A DNA stretch of 64,000 nucleotides from Blasia pusilla (Eukaryota), in assembly GCA_050084515.1 (NCBI GenBank), contig CM114271.1:27590001-27654000 (forward strand). The letters are read 5' to 3'. A program made the position numbers and the translations under genes. Shown one piece after another: positions 51,386-64,000 of the stretch. Below the pieces are notes generated by a model. That model was not told where the DNA came from and made no database searches. It was given only the letters and a program-made list of their open reading frames with translations. The stretch's first letter is position 1; the number at the start of each line of letters is the position of its first letter.

Positions 51386-54213
51386 TTTTTCAATGGCCCC
51401 CTTGTTTTCTCGGTGGCATTCCATTCAATTCGTTCTGAGTGGGGCAGAAATTGAGCATAATTTGTCACCCAAACGTTTCAGCAAGCATCTTTCTCCTTCA
51501 ATGCCCTCGGCTTGACTCTCTTGTTCTCTCCCTCTCACCCAACTCCAACTTTTGCCCTAAAGTTACTCTTCCCTCCTACCTCCAACTAGTTATGCAAAAA
51601 TTACCCTCGCAACCATCGACACATTTACACCACCGTCTACAACTGTGTGGATGATGTTTGATATATATATATATTCAAAGTAGATCTATTTTCACACATA
51701 TAATTTGTGAGGCTGAAAAAAATAGGATGTCCCATGTCCATAAAATTAAGGTCCCGGTCATTTCCCCTAGAGTGCTTCACTTGTTCTAGGTGAACCCCTG
51801 GTGTTTTGTTAATAGAATAGACCTCGTAGCTAACATCCAATTAGAAAAAAATTCAGGTCAGATTGATGTCATAAGGAATATCCGAACTGAAAATAAGATT
51901 TCCATCGTGGAGAATTTCTTATAAGAAATATCTGGCCATAAAAGATTTTCGAGAAGATTTCAGTTTTGAGGAAAAAACTTCAGTGAGATATTTTCTAGAA
52001 ATTCCCCATGGAAAAGATTTCTTTGAAAGTAAGCCAGCAAAAGAATGTAAGATCAAATTTCCATGGTTGACACTGTTTCCTTCCAGAAATATGAAGTCCC
52101 TTACACCTAAAAGATATCCCAAAGAAATACATTAAAAATAAAGTCCTTATTTTGAACTATTAGAACTTTCTATTTACGACCACTCTTAACGCGATTATTT
52201 ATTTCTATCCCTCCACGTCACAAACACCCGATTAAGAATCAAAAGACAAAAGAAGAACTCTTCACGTGCGACCTCTGCATTTGCAAAGAATAGTTATATG
52301 CCTTATGCGCGAATGTGCGGTGACCCTCGTCTGAGACGGCATAGTATGGTCGCCGGAGCGTTTTCCGGGAGTGAAAAATGATTCCATAGAACGGTCGTTA
52401 CGATAGTCCTCTTTTCCATGGGATGTTATGACCCAGTGGTCGAATACGATAGTTTATTATACGGCTCGGTTTTGGCGCTTTTACACACTAACAGAGCCTC
52501 AATTAGGGTGTAGTAAAAATCGGGCTTGTTCCTATCTCGAAATTGTACTTTACGGACAGAGCGGATCGGGTGAAGGCACTGAGGACTGAAAGTTCTCGTA
52601 GAGTCGTAGGGTAGGTACTACTGGAGGGTAGGACCGAGGCGGGGCGCTCCGGCGGCTGACGACGACGTTCGTATATAGGAAGGCGGGAAGCGGGGTCCTA
52701 GGAGAGTGGTATAGATCGGATCGGCATTCTTCGTTCGTAAAGCCGGGCGACAAAATTTAGAGAAATATCTGTCTGGTAACTGAATGTTCGGGATGGGATA
52801 TCCCGACGATACATCAGGCGCCGTTTCGCAGTGAGATCCTGCAATTGCCGACTGGGACTCGCGAAATCCCGGACCGATATTTCCCGGTGTGCCTGAAGTG
52901 ACTACCTGAGCCGAGCCTTGATTCGCTCGTTCGGCAATGGCGGAAGCGGACGGCGTGACAGTGCGGAAGTCGGTCGCGAAGGGAGCAGGGAGCCAGGGTG
53001 GCGCAGGGCAGGTGCGGACTGCGGGGGGAGGCGGTATTAGATAACTAGAGGTGTCGGAGGTCAGCGGCGTTGCAGTGCGGCACTCGCTAGCGAACTTGCG
53101 CAGGGCTCGACAATGACGCGCGTAGTGGTCTGTCGCGTTAATGGCGGGGCCACTTCAGGAGCTTCGGAACGTTGACAATGGTGAACGTCTCACGTCAGGG
53201 GCCGAGAGGACATCGCCGAACAATCGCCTCGGGGACCACAATCTTTCCCGGTCATGGACAACGGCGATGCACAGTAGTCAAACTCGGAATTCTTTTCGAT
53301 ATTAAAAGTGTTCAACTCAACCTAAATGTCACGATTCAAGCCATGAAGTCAAAGTTGTGGGATTCGGCATCGTTCGCCGTATGTTTTTTTCCCTGTTCGA
53401 TTAGGTTGGGTCATCTGCTACGGCCGGATTTACTGCACTAGATGATAAGCCGGGTAAATGGTCCTTCTGTTGAATTTTGTAGCCGACGGACGAGTGGTGG
53501 GAAGGAAGAAAGAAGGGGCAGGCGGTCGGTCTTTCTTCCGTGCCGTGCTGCGCATGACTTCTTGCACACTGCAGAGTCCAATTTCTCCGCAAGAGTCCTG
53601 ATAGATGTGGCGGCTTCGCGTTCGTGCTCATGAGTAACTTTTGTTATTTCTGACTCTTCCCCTGTAGGTGCGCCTCCTTTCTGTCATGTGTACGGGATTG
53701 TCTGCCCATCGCCAATTTCGTCGTTGTTGTTTTGGGGGGTTTTGCCTGTAGCTGCATGCAGCGCGCGCATTCCTTGACCAGTCGCGGCTGGTAGAGTCGG
53801 ACTGATGTGCTCCCGGTTTTCTTCCGTTTCAATTGATTGATTTATGGCTTCAGCTCTGGGGCGTCATATTCTTTCGGTAGGGAGCATTGAGAATGAGGAG
53901 GGCAGTACCCTGCGGATTGGATTCATTCCATGGCCAGGGCGGCCTCGCGGTCTTTTCAACAGTCTCTCGAGTTGAGTGACAAGAGGCATGGCCTGTAGCT
54001 CTAGTGCCGGAAATTCTTCTGTGTCTCTTGCAGGATTTGAAGCCGCAGTTTCGAATTCGATTTCGAGGTTGGATCAGTCGAGGCTCCTGCCGTACTTCCG
54101 TTGATGATCCGTATGACTTCACAGGAGCGCCAGATCACTTCCATATAGTTTCACATCCATAGCTGGATTGGAACGCTGGCGACTCCGGACGGGATACTGT
54201 CTCTCGTCTTGTC

Positions 54214-57200
54214 ATGGACACGGTCCTACTGTTTCAGGAGACTCTTTGTTTCAAGTTCTTTACAGCCCTATTACTGATCAAGGTTTCTCACTGCGTCGAT
54301 TCGGATTTGGAGGCGCTCGTGGCAATCAAGGCACAGCTAAATAGCAGCGCTCCTGCAGGCTGGACCGGAATCAATCCGTGCAACTGGACTGGTATTGCTT
54401 GTGAATCATCAAATAATGCGGAGCGTGTGGTCAAGATATCTCTTGCGCAGATGAATTTGACGGGTACCCTCGATCCGGGGATCGGGAATTTATCATTTTT
54501 GGTGACGCTGGATTTGAGCAAGAATGCCATGTTTGGACCGATTCCTTTGGAGTTACATAATTGTCAGCGGTTGAAAGTCCTAAATCTGGAAGGAAACAAC
54601 TTCGAGGGAAATTTTTCAGGCCTGTTTGGATTCAGAAATTTGGAAGTGCTGAATCTCGCGCAAACCAAGTTAAACGGCAGCATACCATCTACCATAGGCA
54701 CACTTCGAAATCTACGATTTCTGAATCTATCTGGTATGACAGGTTTGGTGGGAACAATCCCTGATGAGATAGGAAACTCTAGCAGCTTGCAGAATGTGGA
54801 CTTCTCAGACGGCAATTTGACAGGCTCTATTCCCTCGTCTCTCTTCCAATTGAAACAGCTGAAAAATGTCAGTCTGAGCAGGAATAAGTTGAGTGGCACT
54901 TTGGATTCCATCTTTACGACTTCGTCCGTGTTGGAAAATTTGTCTCTGGACGAGAATGATTTTCACGGGAATATTCCGGAGTTTTTTGGTAATCTGTCAG
55001 ACCTTATTTCTCTGAAAGCGTCGAAGAATCAGTTCGATGGAGAGATTTGGCCTTCTTCTTTTACAGGGCTTGTAAAATTGGAGGGACTCGACCTTTCCGA
55101 GAACAGGCTTACGGGACAAATTTCCACCGAATTGAGAAGGCTGACTGCTCTACAGACATTAGCACTGAATAATAACTCCCTTACTGGACCGATTCCGGGA
55201 GAACTCTTCGACTGCCGCAAGCTGACTTCTCTATCACTTCATTACAATCGGCTGAGTTTCGAAATTCCACGGGAAATTGGGAACCTGGTATTTCTGGAAG
55301 TCCTGCAATTGCAGGACAACAGATTGAACGGAAGTATACCGACTGAGCTAGTCAAATGCAGCAAGCTGAAGCAGATAAATCTAAGCGGGAATGAGATTGG
55401 AGGTGAGCTTCCGAGGGGGTTGAGTGCGCTCGCCGGTCTCAGGCGCCTCCATTTGTCACAGAACAAGCTGGTTGGTAGTATTCCTTCTGAGTATTTTTCT
55501 CTGCGAAAAATTGAGTACATCGTCTTGTCTCAAAATTATTTGCGTGGCCCCATTCCTAACAATTTAGCGCTCATGGTCGAGCTGCTCAACCTAGAGCTTG
55601 CAGACAACCTTTTGTCGGGCGTTATGCCGAGCAGTCTCGGGGAGCTTACAAAATTGCAAAAGCTAGACCTAACCAAAAATCAGCTGGTAGGGGATTTGGG
55701 CATGATGGCTGAGGGGATAAACTCCTCGCAGCTGCAGTTTCTTCTGCTCGGTGAGAATGGCTTTACTGGAAACTTAAGCTTCTCTCTAGATTGCATGAAA
55801 GGCCTTCTGTCGCTAGATCTTCATGGTAACAACTTGTCAGGCAATCTTCCTCCCGCCGTCGGAGGTCTGTTTCAAATTCAGAAGATAGACCTCTCATCGA
55901 ATCACATTAATGGTTCTATTCCTCCCGAATTCAGCGATTGTTCCTACTTGACATTTCTCAACCTCTCTTTCAATCAGTTTGTCGGTCCTATCCCTGCTAA
56001 ATTCAGCAAGGCCTGGCCTTCGGAAATCACTATCGATATCTCCAACAACCTTCTCAGTGGAAATATTCCGACGGGCTTAAATGGATCGATTGTGAAGTTG
56101 AATGTAAGCAACAATGGGCTGGAAGGATCCATACCTCCATCCTTGCAAGAACTTGGTGAAAGCTCTTTCACGGGAAATCCTTGGTTGTGTGGACCTCCGC
56201 TGCCTACCTTATGTAGCGATGTTCTATTGAGTAGTTCAAGGAATCTGAGATTAAGTGCCCTCATTACGGTGGTCGTGGTTACTGCCTGTACAATTACAGG
56301 CGTTGCGGTCGTGCTGGTCACCTTCAGAGCACGGCTCAAAGCCTGGTTTAATAGGGGTCAGATAGGGTTTTCGAGGGAGCTGACTTCCGAAAATGGGCCA
56401 GTAACGTGGATCTGTGATAATCGACCAAGCGAAACATGTTCCAACTCGTCATTGATCAGGAAAAGGTTGCGACAACCTCTTACATATGCTGATTTAGCGA
56501 TGGCCACGGGGGGATTCTCCAACGACAATGTTCTCGGAGACGGAGGATTCGGCAAAGTGTACAAAGGGCTGCTAAAAGATGGATCCACAGTTGCTATCAA
56601 GAGACTGACGGAAGATGGATTTCAAGGGGAACGAGAATTTCTTGCAGAGATGGAGACGCTGGGGACCATCAATCACAAGAACCTCGTGCAACTGCTGGGG
56701 CATTGCACCTCAGGTTTGGAACGGTTGCTGGTGTACGACTTTATGCCTAACAACAGCCTAGATGTCTGGCTCCACAGTCGGACGGAGGATATGGAGCCTC
56801 TCCCCTGGCCCACGCGCATGAACATTGCGAAAGATGTGGCACGAGGTCTTACTTTTCTCCATCATTTCTGCATTCCTCACGTTATTCACCGGGATCTGAA
56901 AGCTAGCAACATCTTGCTGGATGCCAGCTTCAGTGCTCATTTGGCAGATTTTGGCCTGGCTCGATATCTCAACACATATGATTCCCACGTCAGCACTGGT
57001 GTCGCAGGTAGTCTAGGATACATCGCCCCAGAGTATGCACAGTCATGGAGAGTCACGACTCGCGGTGATGTCTTCAGCTATGGGGTTGTTCTGCTTGAGC
57101 TGCTTTCGGGGAAGAGACCGGCCGGAGGCTGTTATAAGCCCGTCAAGGGCGGAAATCTGGTGAGCTGGGTCCGCCATCTCATCCAAACTGCTCAAACTCC

Positions 57201-57348
57201 AATCCTTTTCGACGAAACCATTTCTGTAGAGGGTTTTGAGACGAAACTTATGACCACGTTGGAAGTTGCTCTGCGTTGTATACGTGACGAGCCTAGTAAA
57301 CGGCCGTCCATGCTCGAAGTTCTGCGCAGCCTCGAAGACAAACTTTGA
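54214..57348 (+). CDS. LRR receptor-like Ser/Thr kinase, subfamily X (EMS1/BRI1/PSKR-like kinase domain), intronless
   Basis: 1044-aa ORF with signal peptide, LRRNT cap (CNWTGIAC), >20 plant LRRs, GNPWLCG cap, TM helix, and kinase motifs GDGGFGKVY, VAIKRL, QGEREFLAEMETLG, HRDLKASN, DFG, GYIAPEY. Confidence 0.95.
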   Translation: MDTVLLFQETLCFKFFTALLLIKVSHCVDSDLEALVAIKAQLNSSAPAGWTGINPCNWTGIACESSNNAERVVKISLAQMNLTGTLDPGIGNLSFLVTLDLSKNAMFGPIPLELHNCQRLKVLNLEGNNFEGNFSGLFGFRNLEVLNLAQTKLNGSIPSTIGTLRNLRFLNLSGMTGLVGTIPDEIGNSSSLQNVDFSDGNLTGSIPSSLFQLKQLKNVSLSRNKLSGTLDSIFTTSSVLENLSLDENDFHGNIPEFFGNLSDLISLKASKNQFDGEIWPSSFTGLVKLEGLDLSENRLTGQISTELRRLTALQTLALNNNSLTGPIPGELFDCRKLTSLSLHYNRLSFEIPREIGNLVFLEVLQLQDNRLNGSIPTELVKCSKLKQINLSGNEIGGELPRGLSALAGLRRLHLSQNKLVGSIPSEYFSLRKIEYIVLSQNYLRGPIPNNLALMVELLNLELADNLLSGVMPSSLGELTKLQKLDLTKNQLVGDLGMMAEGINSSQLQFLLLGENGFTGNLSFSLDCMKGLLSLDLHGNNLSGNLPPAVGGLFQIQKIDLSSNHINGSIPPEFSDCSYLTFLNLSFNQFVGPIPAKFSKAWPSEITIDISNNLLSGNIPTGLNGSIVKLNVSNNGLEGSIPPSLQELGESSFTGNPWLCGPPLPTLCSDVLLSSSRNLRLSALITVVVVTACTITGVAVVLVTFRARLKAWFNRGQIGFSRELTSENGPVTWICDNRPSETCSNSSLIRKRLRQPLTYADLAMATGGFSNDNVLGDGGFGKVYKGLLKDGSTVAIKRLTEDGFQGEREFLAEMETLGTINHKNLVQLLGHCTSGLERLLVYDFMPNNSLDVWLHSRTEDMEPLPWPTRMNIAKDVARGLTFLHHFCIPHVIHRDLKASNILLDASFSAHLADFGLARYLNTYDSHVSTGVAGSLGYIAPEYAQSWRVTTRGDVFSYGVVLLELLSGKRPAGGCYKPVKGGNLVSWVRHLIQTAQTPILFDETISVEGFETKLMTTLEVALRCIRDEPSKRPSMLEVLRSLEDKL

Positions 57349-59354
57349 GGTTCCAAGCCTTCAACTTATGTACATATGCCCCGTGCAATACAACGGCCCT
57401 AGATCTTGTTCTTATGAGTTGTCTGCCAAGAACTTTTCAGTTTCTATGATTGTATTGGAGAGGGTCTTGAGTGATGATGTAAAACAGTCAGCTCTCAGAG
57501 GAATGCTACTCTCGAGTGGTTACCTGACGCACCAGAGCACACCACTGTTTTATCTGGGATGCGGGATGAAACCGCCATTTGAACGCACTAGAATCATCGA
57601 CCCCCGCCACAGCGGCCATTGTCTTCGCGTCTGGTCTGTTCGTCTGCTTGCCGTCATTGAAATCGTTGAGCTATCTACAGTATCGATGATCTCTAGCAGG
57701 TCGTAACATATCTCCTGGGCTGCCCCATACAGTCGCAGTCTCGCGTTATCTGCTTTAACAGCCTCGGTACTCGGAGCACAGAATGACCCAGGAAATGAAC
57801 AGTCTCAAGCTGTAGAATGCTCTAGATAAGCACCGTGCTTTCCACTCTTTCGAATTTCTGTCACCGTTCGGAATAATATGGACGACTCGAAGTCATAGCG
57901 AATTAATCGTAGGCTTTCTCACGAACGGAGGCATATGAATTAACGAGAGTTGTCATGGGAATAAACATAAGAACGCAAATCTCGGAGGTTCCAATTCCTA
58001 CTTCCAGCCTCACTTGAACCTCTGACGTCCCACTTTCACGCAAGGAATCTGTTGGGTTCTCTGGGGTTTCTTGTGTTCTTCTGGGCGACGTGCCCGTGTT
58101 ATCCACAGGCCAGGAGGTGTTTCTTCGTCCGCGCCATGCATTACAGACCCGTGTGTTACGAACAGGTTTCCAGTGGGTGAATGGGAGTCTTATCTCAGTC
58201 TCTTTTCACTGATAATTAATTCCCCAATGTCCAACAATAAATTGATCCATTATTAAATGTATATTATTATGGAATAGTGTTCTCTCTGGGTAACCGGGAA
58301 AAAAATATTTCGCCCGCGACGGAACTTGCGTGCATCATCATTAACCTCATCCTTTCACTAAATCTTAAACACTTACTAATATAGTTTTTTATTCGTTGGT
58401 TTGGTTGGATGGGCACTGGGTTTTAATAATATATTAGATCAGTGTACTCCACTTTCACCAACAACTGAGTTTTAATGTCCAATAATAAATTGACCAAAAA
58501 TAAATATAAATATTTTTATCATTTATAAACCTAGTTGACTCAGCCCGATAAATTTCATAATTTTTAGTTCAATTTCTCAAACATTTGTATTAATATCAAA
58601 ATAATCGACCCGAATTTTTTTTTAAACATAAATAGATACGGTCATGTTTTTTATACAGCCAAAATCTACCGGTTCTCCACTCCCGGCGTCTCGCGCAAAG
58701 AAGTAGCGTAGGCAAGCTGTGATTCTCCGCTCATACCAGTCCGTAACAGAGGGAGACGTCGGTGAGCCGGACGGAATGCGACGGATGGAAGAATGAGAAA
58801 AGCAGTTCCACACCATTTCCAAATCCTCCGTAAAGGAGAATATTCTATGAAGATGCCAAGGTCGGCCTGAATTCTACGGGGACACGGCACCGACCTGACG
58901 CTTCAAATGCCTGCCGGGGCCCGCAGGATCTCCGGCAGGATGACTCATACCATGTCAGCATGCCAAGGAAGAGAGAGAACCTACCACTATAATAATACCA
59001 TAATACCAATGATATCATACAAGGACAATAATACAAAGATATCATACAAGGACCCAGGCCAGGAACCTTCGTGTCGATGGGCCGAGTCACTTTCGGTCTG
59101 ACTCTTTTGGGTTTCCATGTTAATCGTAAGTCACTAAGTGTAGAATTCGAGGACGGCATGACTTAACAATCACGTTGCCAACATAGAGACATTTTTATGC
59201 TTTCCGATTATTTTCTTTTGAAGAGAAAGTTTATTAAGTGGAGAAGTTATCATTGACAAGAACTAGTGGATTCACGTATATGATAGAGTGTATCTATACT
59301 ATTATGGGCAACCCCACATGCATAATAGAATGAAATAGTCATATAAGACAAAAT

Positions 59355-59486
59355 AGGTGTGAAAAATTGTTAAAGAAACATAATCGGTGGAAAATGACTC
59401 TCAAGATTAAACTTCCTATTTCGTGTGAATACCAAATGTAGCAGTTCAGATGTCTCATGAGCTTGATTGTAACTCAATCTTCAATA
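59355..59486 (-). mobile_element. Remnant solo LTR of the copia family at 23550-27343
   Basis: AAGATTAAACTTCCTATTTCGTGTG..TAACTCAATCTTCAATA matches 23790-23876 and 27258-27343; the upstream part matches 23568-23610. Confidence 0.8.
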
Positions 59487-59697
59487 ATATAGACATCTTT
59501 GATTTTCCCTCTCGTCCATAATATGCGGAGAATAAATTAGAATGTTGTTAGGGGAGAATATATGCACGCGTTATAAGAAATTATGTTGCTTTGGTGGGGG
59601 AGGGGGTTTTGTTCTTGGATATTATTTACATATTGGGGCTTGAATGCGTACGGGTTATAAATAAGTAGTGGGATTTAATACGCTCGAAAAAATCTTT

Positions 59698-59726
59698 TCG
59701 TGCAAAGCATAGGCATGCTAACTAGT
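59698..59726 (+). mobile_element. Possible Helitron 3' terminus
   Basis: Short hairpin CGTGCAAAGCATAGGC followed by CTAG|T. Confidence 0.4.
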
Positions 59727-61347
59727 TATGGTGAAACGTGACGAAGGTGGCAAGCCTCAGCTGAACCCCTAAATTAACTTTGGAAGATCTTATTGGTAGA
59801 GAAGATGAATGATCTTTATTGGCGGAGAACATCATATGTCCAAAAGAGAGGTGACTGAAAGTCAAAAAGATGTTTTTCCCATGATAATATAGATGATCAG
59901 GTTTTCAGCCTTTACGTCTATGCACCAAAGAAAATATATTGTTGATGAGATTGAAAATCGAAGTATTAGTCCAAAATTGTACCATTACAAGTTTAAGGTT
60001 ATTTTTCATCGTTTTCTTATTCTAATTTTCCATCATTTGGAAAATTAGTTCTTGTCCAACCATTTTCTTATTCTGATTTTTTCCAAAATATTCCTTAATT
60101 TTCTTCCAAAACAAACACGAAAGTTACTTTTTAATCAATTTTTTGCACAAAATAAATTAGCAAATAAATTTCAATTTTGAAATGAGCAAAGTTAATGAAG
60201 AAGCGCAGGATTCGTAGGAGTACGTTTCATAAATATTGTGGACGCTTTATAAAATATAAATGAAAATTTGTTTTAAAATTATTATTATTATTATTCTATT
60301 TAAATTTTCTCCTTGTGAAAAAAAAATTTCAATAAAAATAAAAATTTCAACTTCAATAATAAAATGAAAAATAGAACAAATAATTATAATTACTAAAACC
60401 TGCTACTCAATCTACTTTTCAGATTAGTATAATTAAAAAGAGCTTCCTTAAGGTCAATCATTGATCCTCCATATGAAGCAACACGTAGAATAGTATGATT
60501 CAAAAAAAAATCATTTAAATTCACATATCACAACTCTTTACCGTTACCACAAAAAGTACCTATGAAATACCCTATTTGTTATTTCCTTGTAGTGTTCGTT
60601 TACGTCCAAAAAAAAAGGGGATCCATCTACAACAACAATTTCCATACCTTAGTTGTGAATCCCCCTCGTATGGGGGATTCACAATATGGGGCACACCAAC
60701 GCCACAATTAGAGCACAAAGGACATCTACGGTACCAACTCAAGGCCTTTACCGAAGCATGGCATATCAATTAGCTTCATGCTTTAATCCTGCTCGGTGGG
60801 TCCGAATATAGTGAATTCTTATGTGGTCATCAGATGTGTTGTATCCATCACGTTGCATCATTGTAATCCCAGGAAAATATTTCTATCATGGAAACATATT
60901 AGTTCCAATGTATGAGTTTGGGCCAATCTACAAATCTAGGGGTATGTGGATTGGCTTCTTGTATCCCTACTTCTATACCCTCAAAGTAATCTACACTATC
61001 TTCCCAAATAGAAGGCATGTCTATTGATTCCTTTTACTAGGGATGTAAATACCTTTACTCATTCTAAAGACCAATCATTTCCAATTGAAGTAAACATACC
61101 TCTATAGGTGGTTGTGGCACCACTTAGGATTTATCCATGGCCATGGACTATCTCTAGAAATTGAGTCCTCTTAATAGAGCGAAGAAATCATGTTGAAAGC
61201 CAAGGCATTCACGAAAGAAAGGGTCAAATGCCCAAAATCTCATAGGAAATTGCACGTGGTATGAATCAATTATCATGATGTATTATAATTTTCTATTGAT
61301 CTGAAATTAAAACTCACCCTCCAACAAAGTCTCAATCCCCATGTTTA

Positions 61348-61351
<4 letters not shown>

Positions 61352-61384
<33 letters not shown>
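61352..61384 (+). repeat. (GA)n microsatellite
   Basis: Direct reading of the sequence. Confidence 0.95.
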
Positions 61385-61388
<4 letters not shown>

Positions 61389-64000
61389 ATTGTACAAGTA
61401 TCATAAAGTGTCAAAAGATGAACCTAATCAAACTTAATCTATCATAGTATCATCAAAGTTGTAGGAAAGATTATCGAATCATCTTCCTTTGAGATTGGAG
61501 TATCTAGTTGACATAATAAGTTTGGGTGTTTTCCCTCTCGGTCAAGGATGATTTGTTGAAGAGATGAGAAACTTGACCAGTAGTGTTGAAAATAATCCAT
61601 TTGGGACTATTTGGAAGAGCTTAATGATATGGGTAAATTTTTATTTTGGGCATCCTCACACTTACATGGGAATTTTTTTAAAATATTTAAATAATTATGT
61701 AAATTACAAAAAAATGACTAAAAAATAAGCACTACATACACATTGGAGAATCTATAACTTAGAAAACAGAACGACTCTGAAAATCAAGAGATAAAACCGA
61801 ATCAAAGAGGCTTACCATCCCTACCAGAAAGGGAGAGGGAGAAAGGTTTCACAAATGCACATCCACGCACAAAAATGCTTTTCCTAAGATCAGAGGTATG
61901 ACTTTTCCACGGACGCCTTGCCCTTGCTTAGAGAGTAAGTAGAATTCAAGTCAAAAAGGGGGTATAAACAAATAGCTCACAGACAGATTAACACTACAAC
62001 CCAATGTGTAGCCATTATGTCAACTCAGAGTACTGAGTTGCATAAAATGATCTTTAACCATGATCTCAGCCAATCACCACTCTTGAATCTTGAAGATAAC
62101 TACATCCTTTGCACAATATCCTTAAAACACGATGTTCATCTGATTTCTGTGCCTGCCATGAAAAGTCTACTCTCAATTTATGAGGGCTAGATCCAGAACT
62201 GAATTTTGTAGGAAATCAATTAGTCCAGCGAAACAAATCATCAGAATACTTATCCAAGAATTGATCACACCGATCAATCCATCCGAACGATATAGATTAG
62301 TTTAGGATCAATGTTCTGTTTATGACCATTGATTACTGCTAGTATCGTTTCATCTTGCGAAACGATACATAACTATGAGACATTTCTGAAGTGACACAGT
62401 TTCCGTCACGTCTTTTGATTACGGCTCTTAGTTTAGAGCAGACTTTACTACTTATGTATCGGCTTTTCAATCCATCAACACAGAGAACACTGAGAGTACG
62501 AACGCAATTTCGATTCATTCCGCATTTCTCACAAATTTCACCAAAAACACTGCCTGCATAAACACACCTTGAGGTTCAAGAGGATCCGCAGTTTCCTATT
62601 GAGATGCTTACAAGATGACATTCATACTCTATAATGTAGAAAGCAAATCCAATGTCCTCCATCCTCCAATACAATTCACAAAAAGAGCTGAGCATCTGTG
62701 ACAAGTCAGAATGATCCAAAACTTTCCACCGCTGAAGTCTTAATTCCTCAAAAATTGAGATGTGACTTTACTTAAAGTTTTCATGATGAAGAAGCACTTC
62801 GAACTTGCCCCAAACTTCAAGAGGAGAAGAACCACAGAAAAAGTCTTTGATGCTCTAAACAGAACTAGTTGAACTACAAGACTATCAAACAGACGTCTTG
62901 AGAGATGAACAATGATGAAAAAACAGTTGATTTAAGAAGTCACCATAACCTCAAAAATTCTTACTTTGCAGACCCTGTACACTGTACATAGTGTGTGGCT
63001 GCTAGACTGGAGCATGTACAGCATTTAGTTTCTAAGGACATTGCTCACGTCTATTGCTGTCAGTTTCAGTCTTGGTTAATCTAGCTAGCCTCAGTCCTGC
63101 AATTACTGTAATTTCAAGTCACCTCTTGGACCCCCTGGAACAAGAAGTCACTTCCTTCAGTCTCACTGGCTTTGCCAAAACTACCTCTTTACTAAGAAAG
63201 TTCCGCCTCTGGTCTACAAGTACCTCAAGACCTGTTCATGATCAAGCCCAGAGTAAACTATGGCAAGGATCACTCAAGGCTAGTGACTGCATATGAGGAG
63301 GGGTTTAGAGTATCAAACTTGTTGGACTCCTTACTTTTAGGGAGTGATAGTGAGACATCCATTCTGCACAGTCAGGAGGAAAACTTCAGCTTACAGAAAG
63401 AAGACATGCACAAAAGTGTTGTAAACATTCTCTTCCATACATGAAGAAGTATATCAAGATACTATGTCAAACTATATTTCTTGATATGGTCAAATCTAGT
63501 TTGAAGCGACTATATATCAAGAAATACAGTTTGAAGCAACCAAGCAAGCTATTCACCTCATCCCTGTAGATCAGCTGCTGAAGGCGGCATGTAATTTATC
63601 AGAACTGGTTCTTGTTCCCACTGTACACAACTCTGGTCTTCCCTAGTGAGAGTAATCTTGGCTGTTCAGAATGCCTTCATAATAAGAATCACAAATTCCA
63701 AGGAAAATTCCTGCGTCAGTATCTCCTCAATTGATACTGAGACTATGTAACTTCACTCAGAACCCAATAATGCCCCTGTAAAATGAATGGTTTTGTTTTC
63801 AAATTAAAACTCCCCTTAAATCATGTCCAGGACAGCCTTACCACCTTTTGTTTCAAAAGGAGGTGTGTCCTTTAATCTCTTTTCAAGGACTAAACACAGC
63901 TGCTTGTCTTTGAAGCAGGGCAGTTCCTCCTATGTGGAACCGGTGACTTTCCATTACATTCATTTGCTACAGAAGAATCTTTACTGGAGTTCCAGTACCA

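Noticed and set aside
52550-54200. Short ORFs in the GC-rich region upstream of the RLK
   Set aside because: No domains; more likely promoter, 5' UTR and intron sequence, and cannot be resolved without transcripts
54214-57348. Assigning the symbol EMS1, BRI1 or PSKR
   Set aside because: The kinase is similar to all three and the ectodomain differs; orthology cannot be established by eye
61800-64000. Possible gene at the window end
   Set aside because: No substantial ORF or motif on either strand; may be UTR or intron of a gene outside the window

Overview
Eukaryotic DNA, most likely from a non-seed land plant (inferred from GT-AG introns, a plant LRR-X receptor kinase and the TE families present). 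About 50 kb of nested, decayed transposons is followed by one intact intronless LRR receptor-like kinase gene (54214-57348). Three unusual systems stand out. (1) A Ty3/gypsy family, present as three pol copies plus fragments, carries a DNMT3-like cytosine-5 methyltransferase between protease and RT and a PHD finger after integrase. (2) The same family has no ordinary LTR pair. It has split direct repeats (A...B-A-B), reminiscent of Ngaro/PAT elements, yet encodes a DDE integrase and makes 4-bp TSDs. (3) A 14-kb Mutator-like DNA transposon (365-14518) carries, divergent to its SWIM-domain transposase, an intron-containing cargo gene fusing a ParB/Srx-like domain to a beta-class N4/N6 DNA methyltransferase domain. 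Its non-coding parts are studded with a 27-bp palindrome in periodic arrays. Also present are copia remnants, an RLE-type (CRE-like) LINE, solo LTRs and microsatellites. All TE genes are pseudogenised. All domain calls come from motif recognition by eye, not from database searches.
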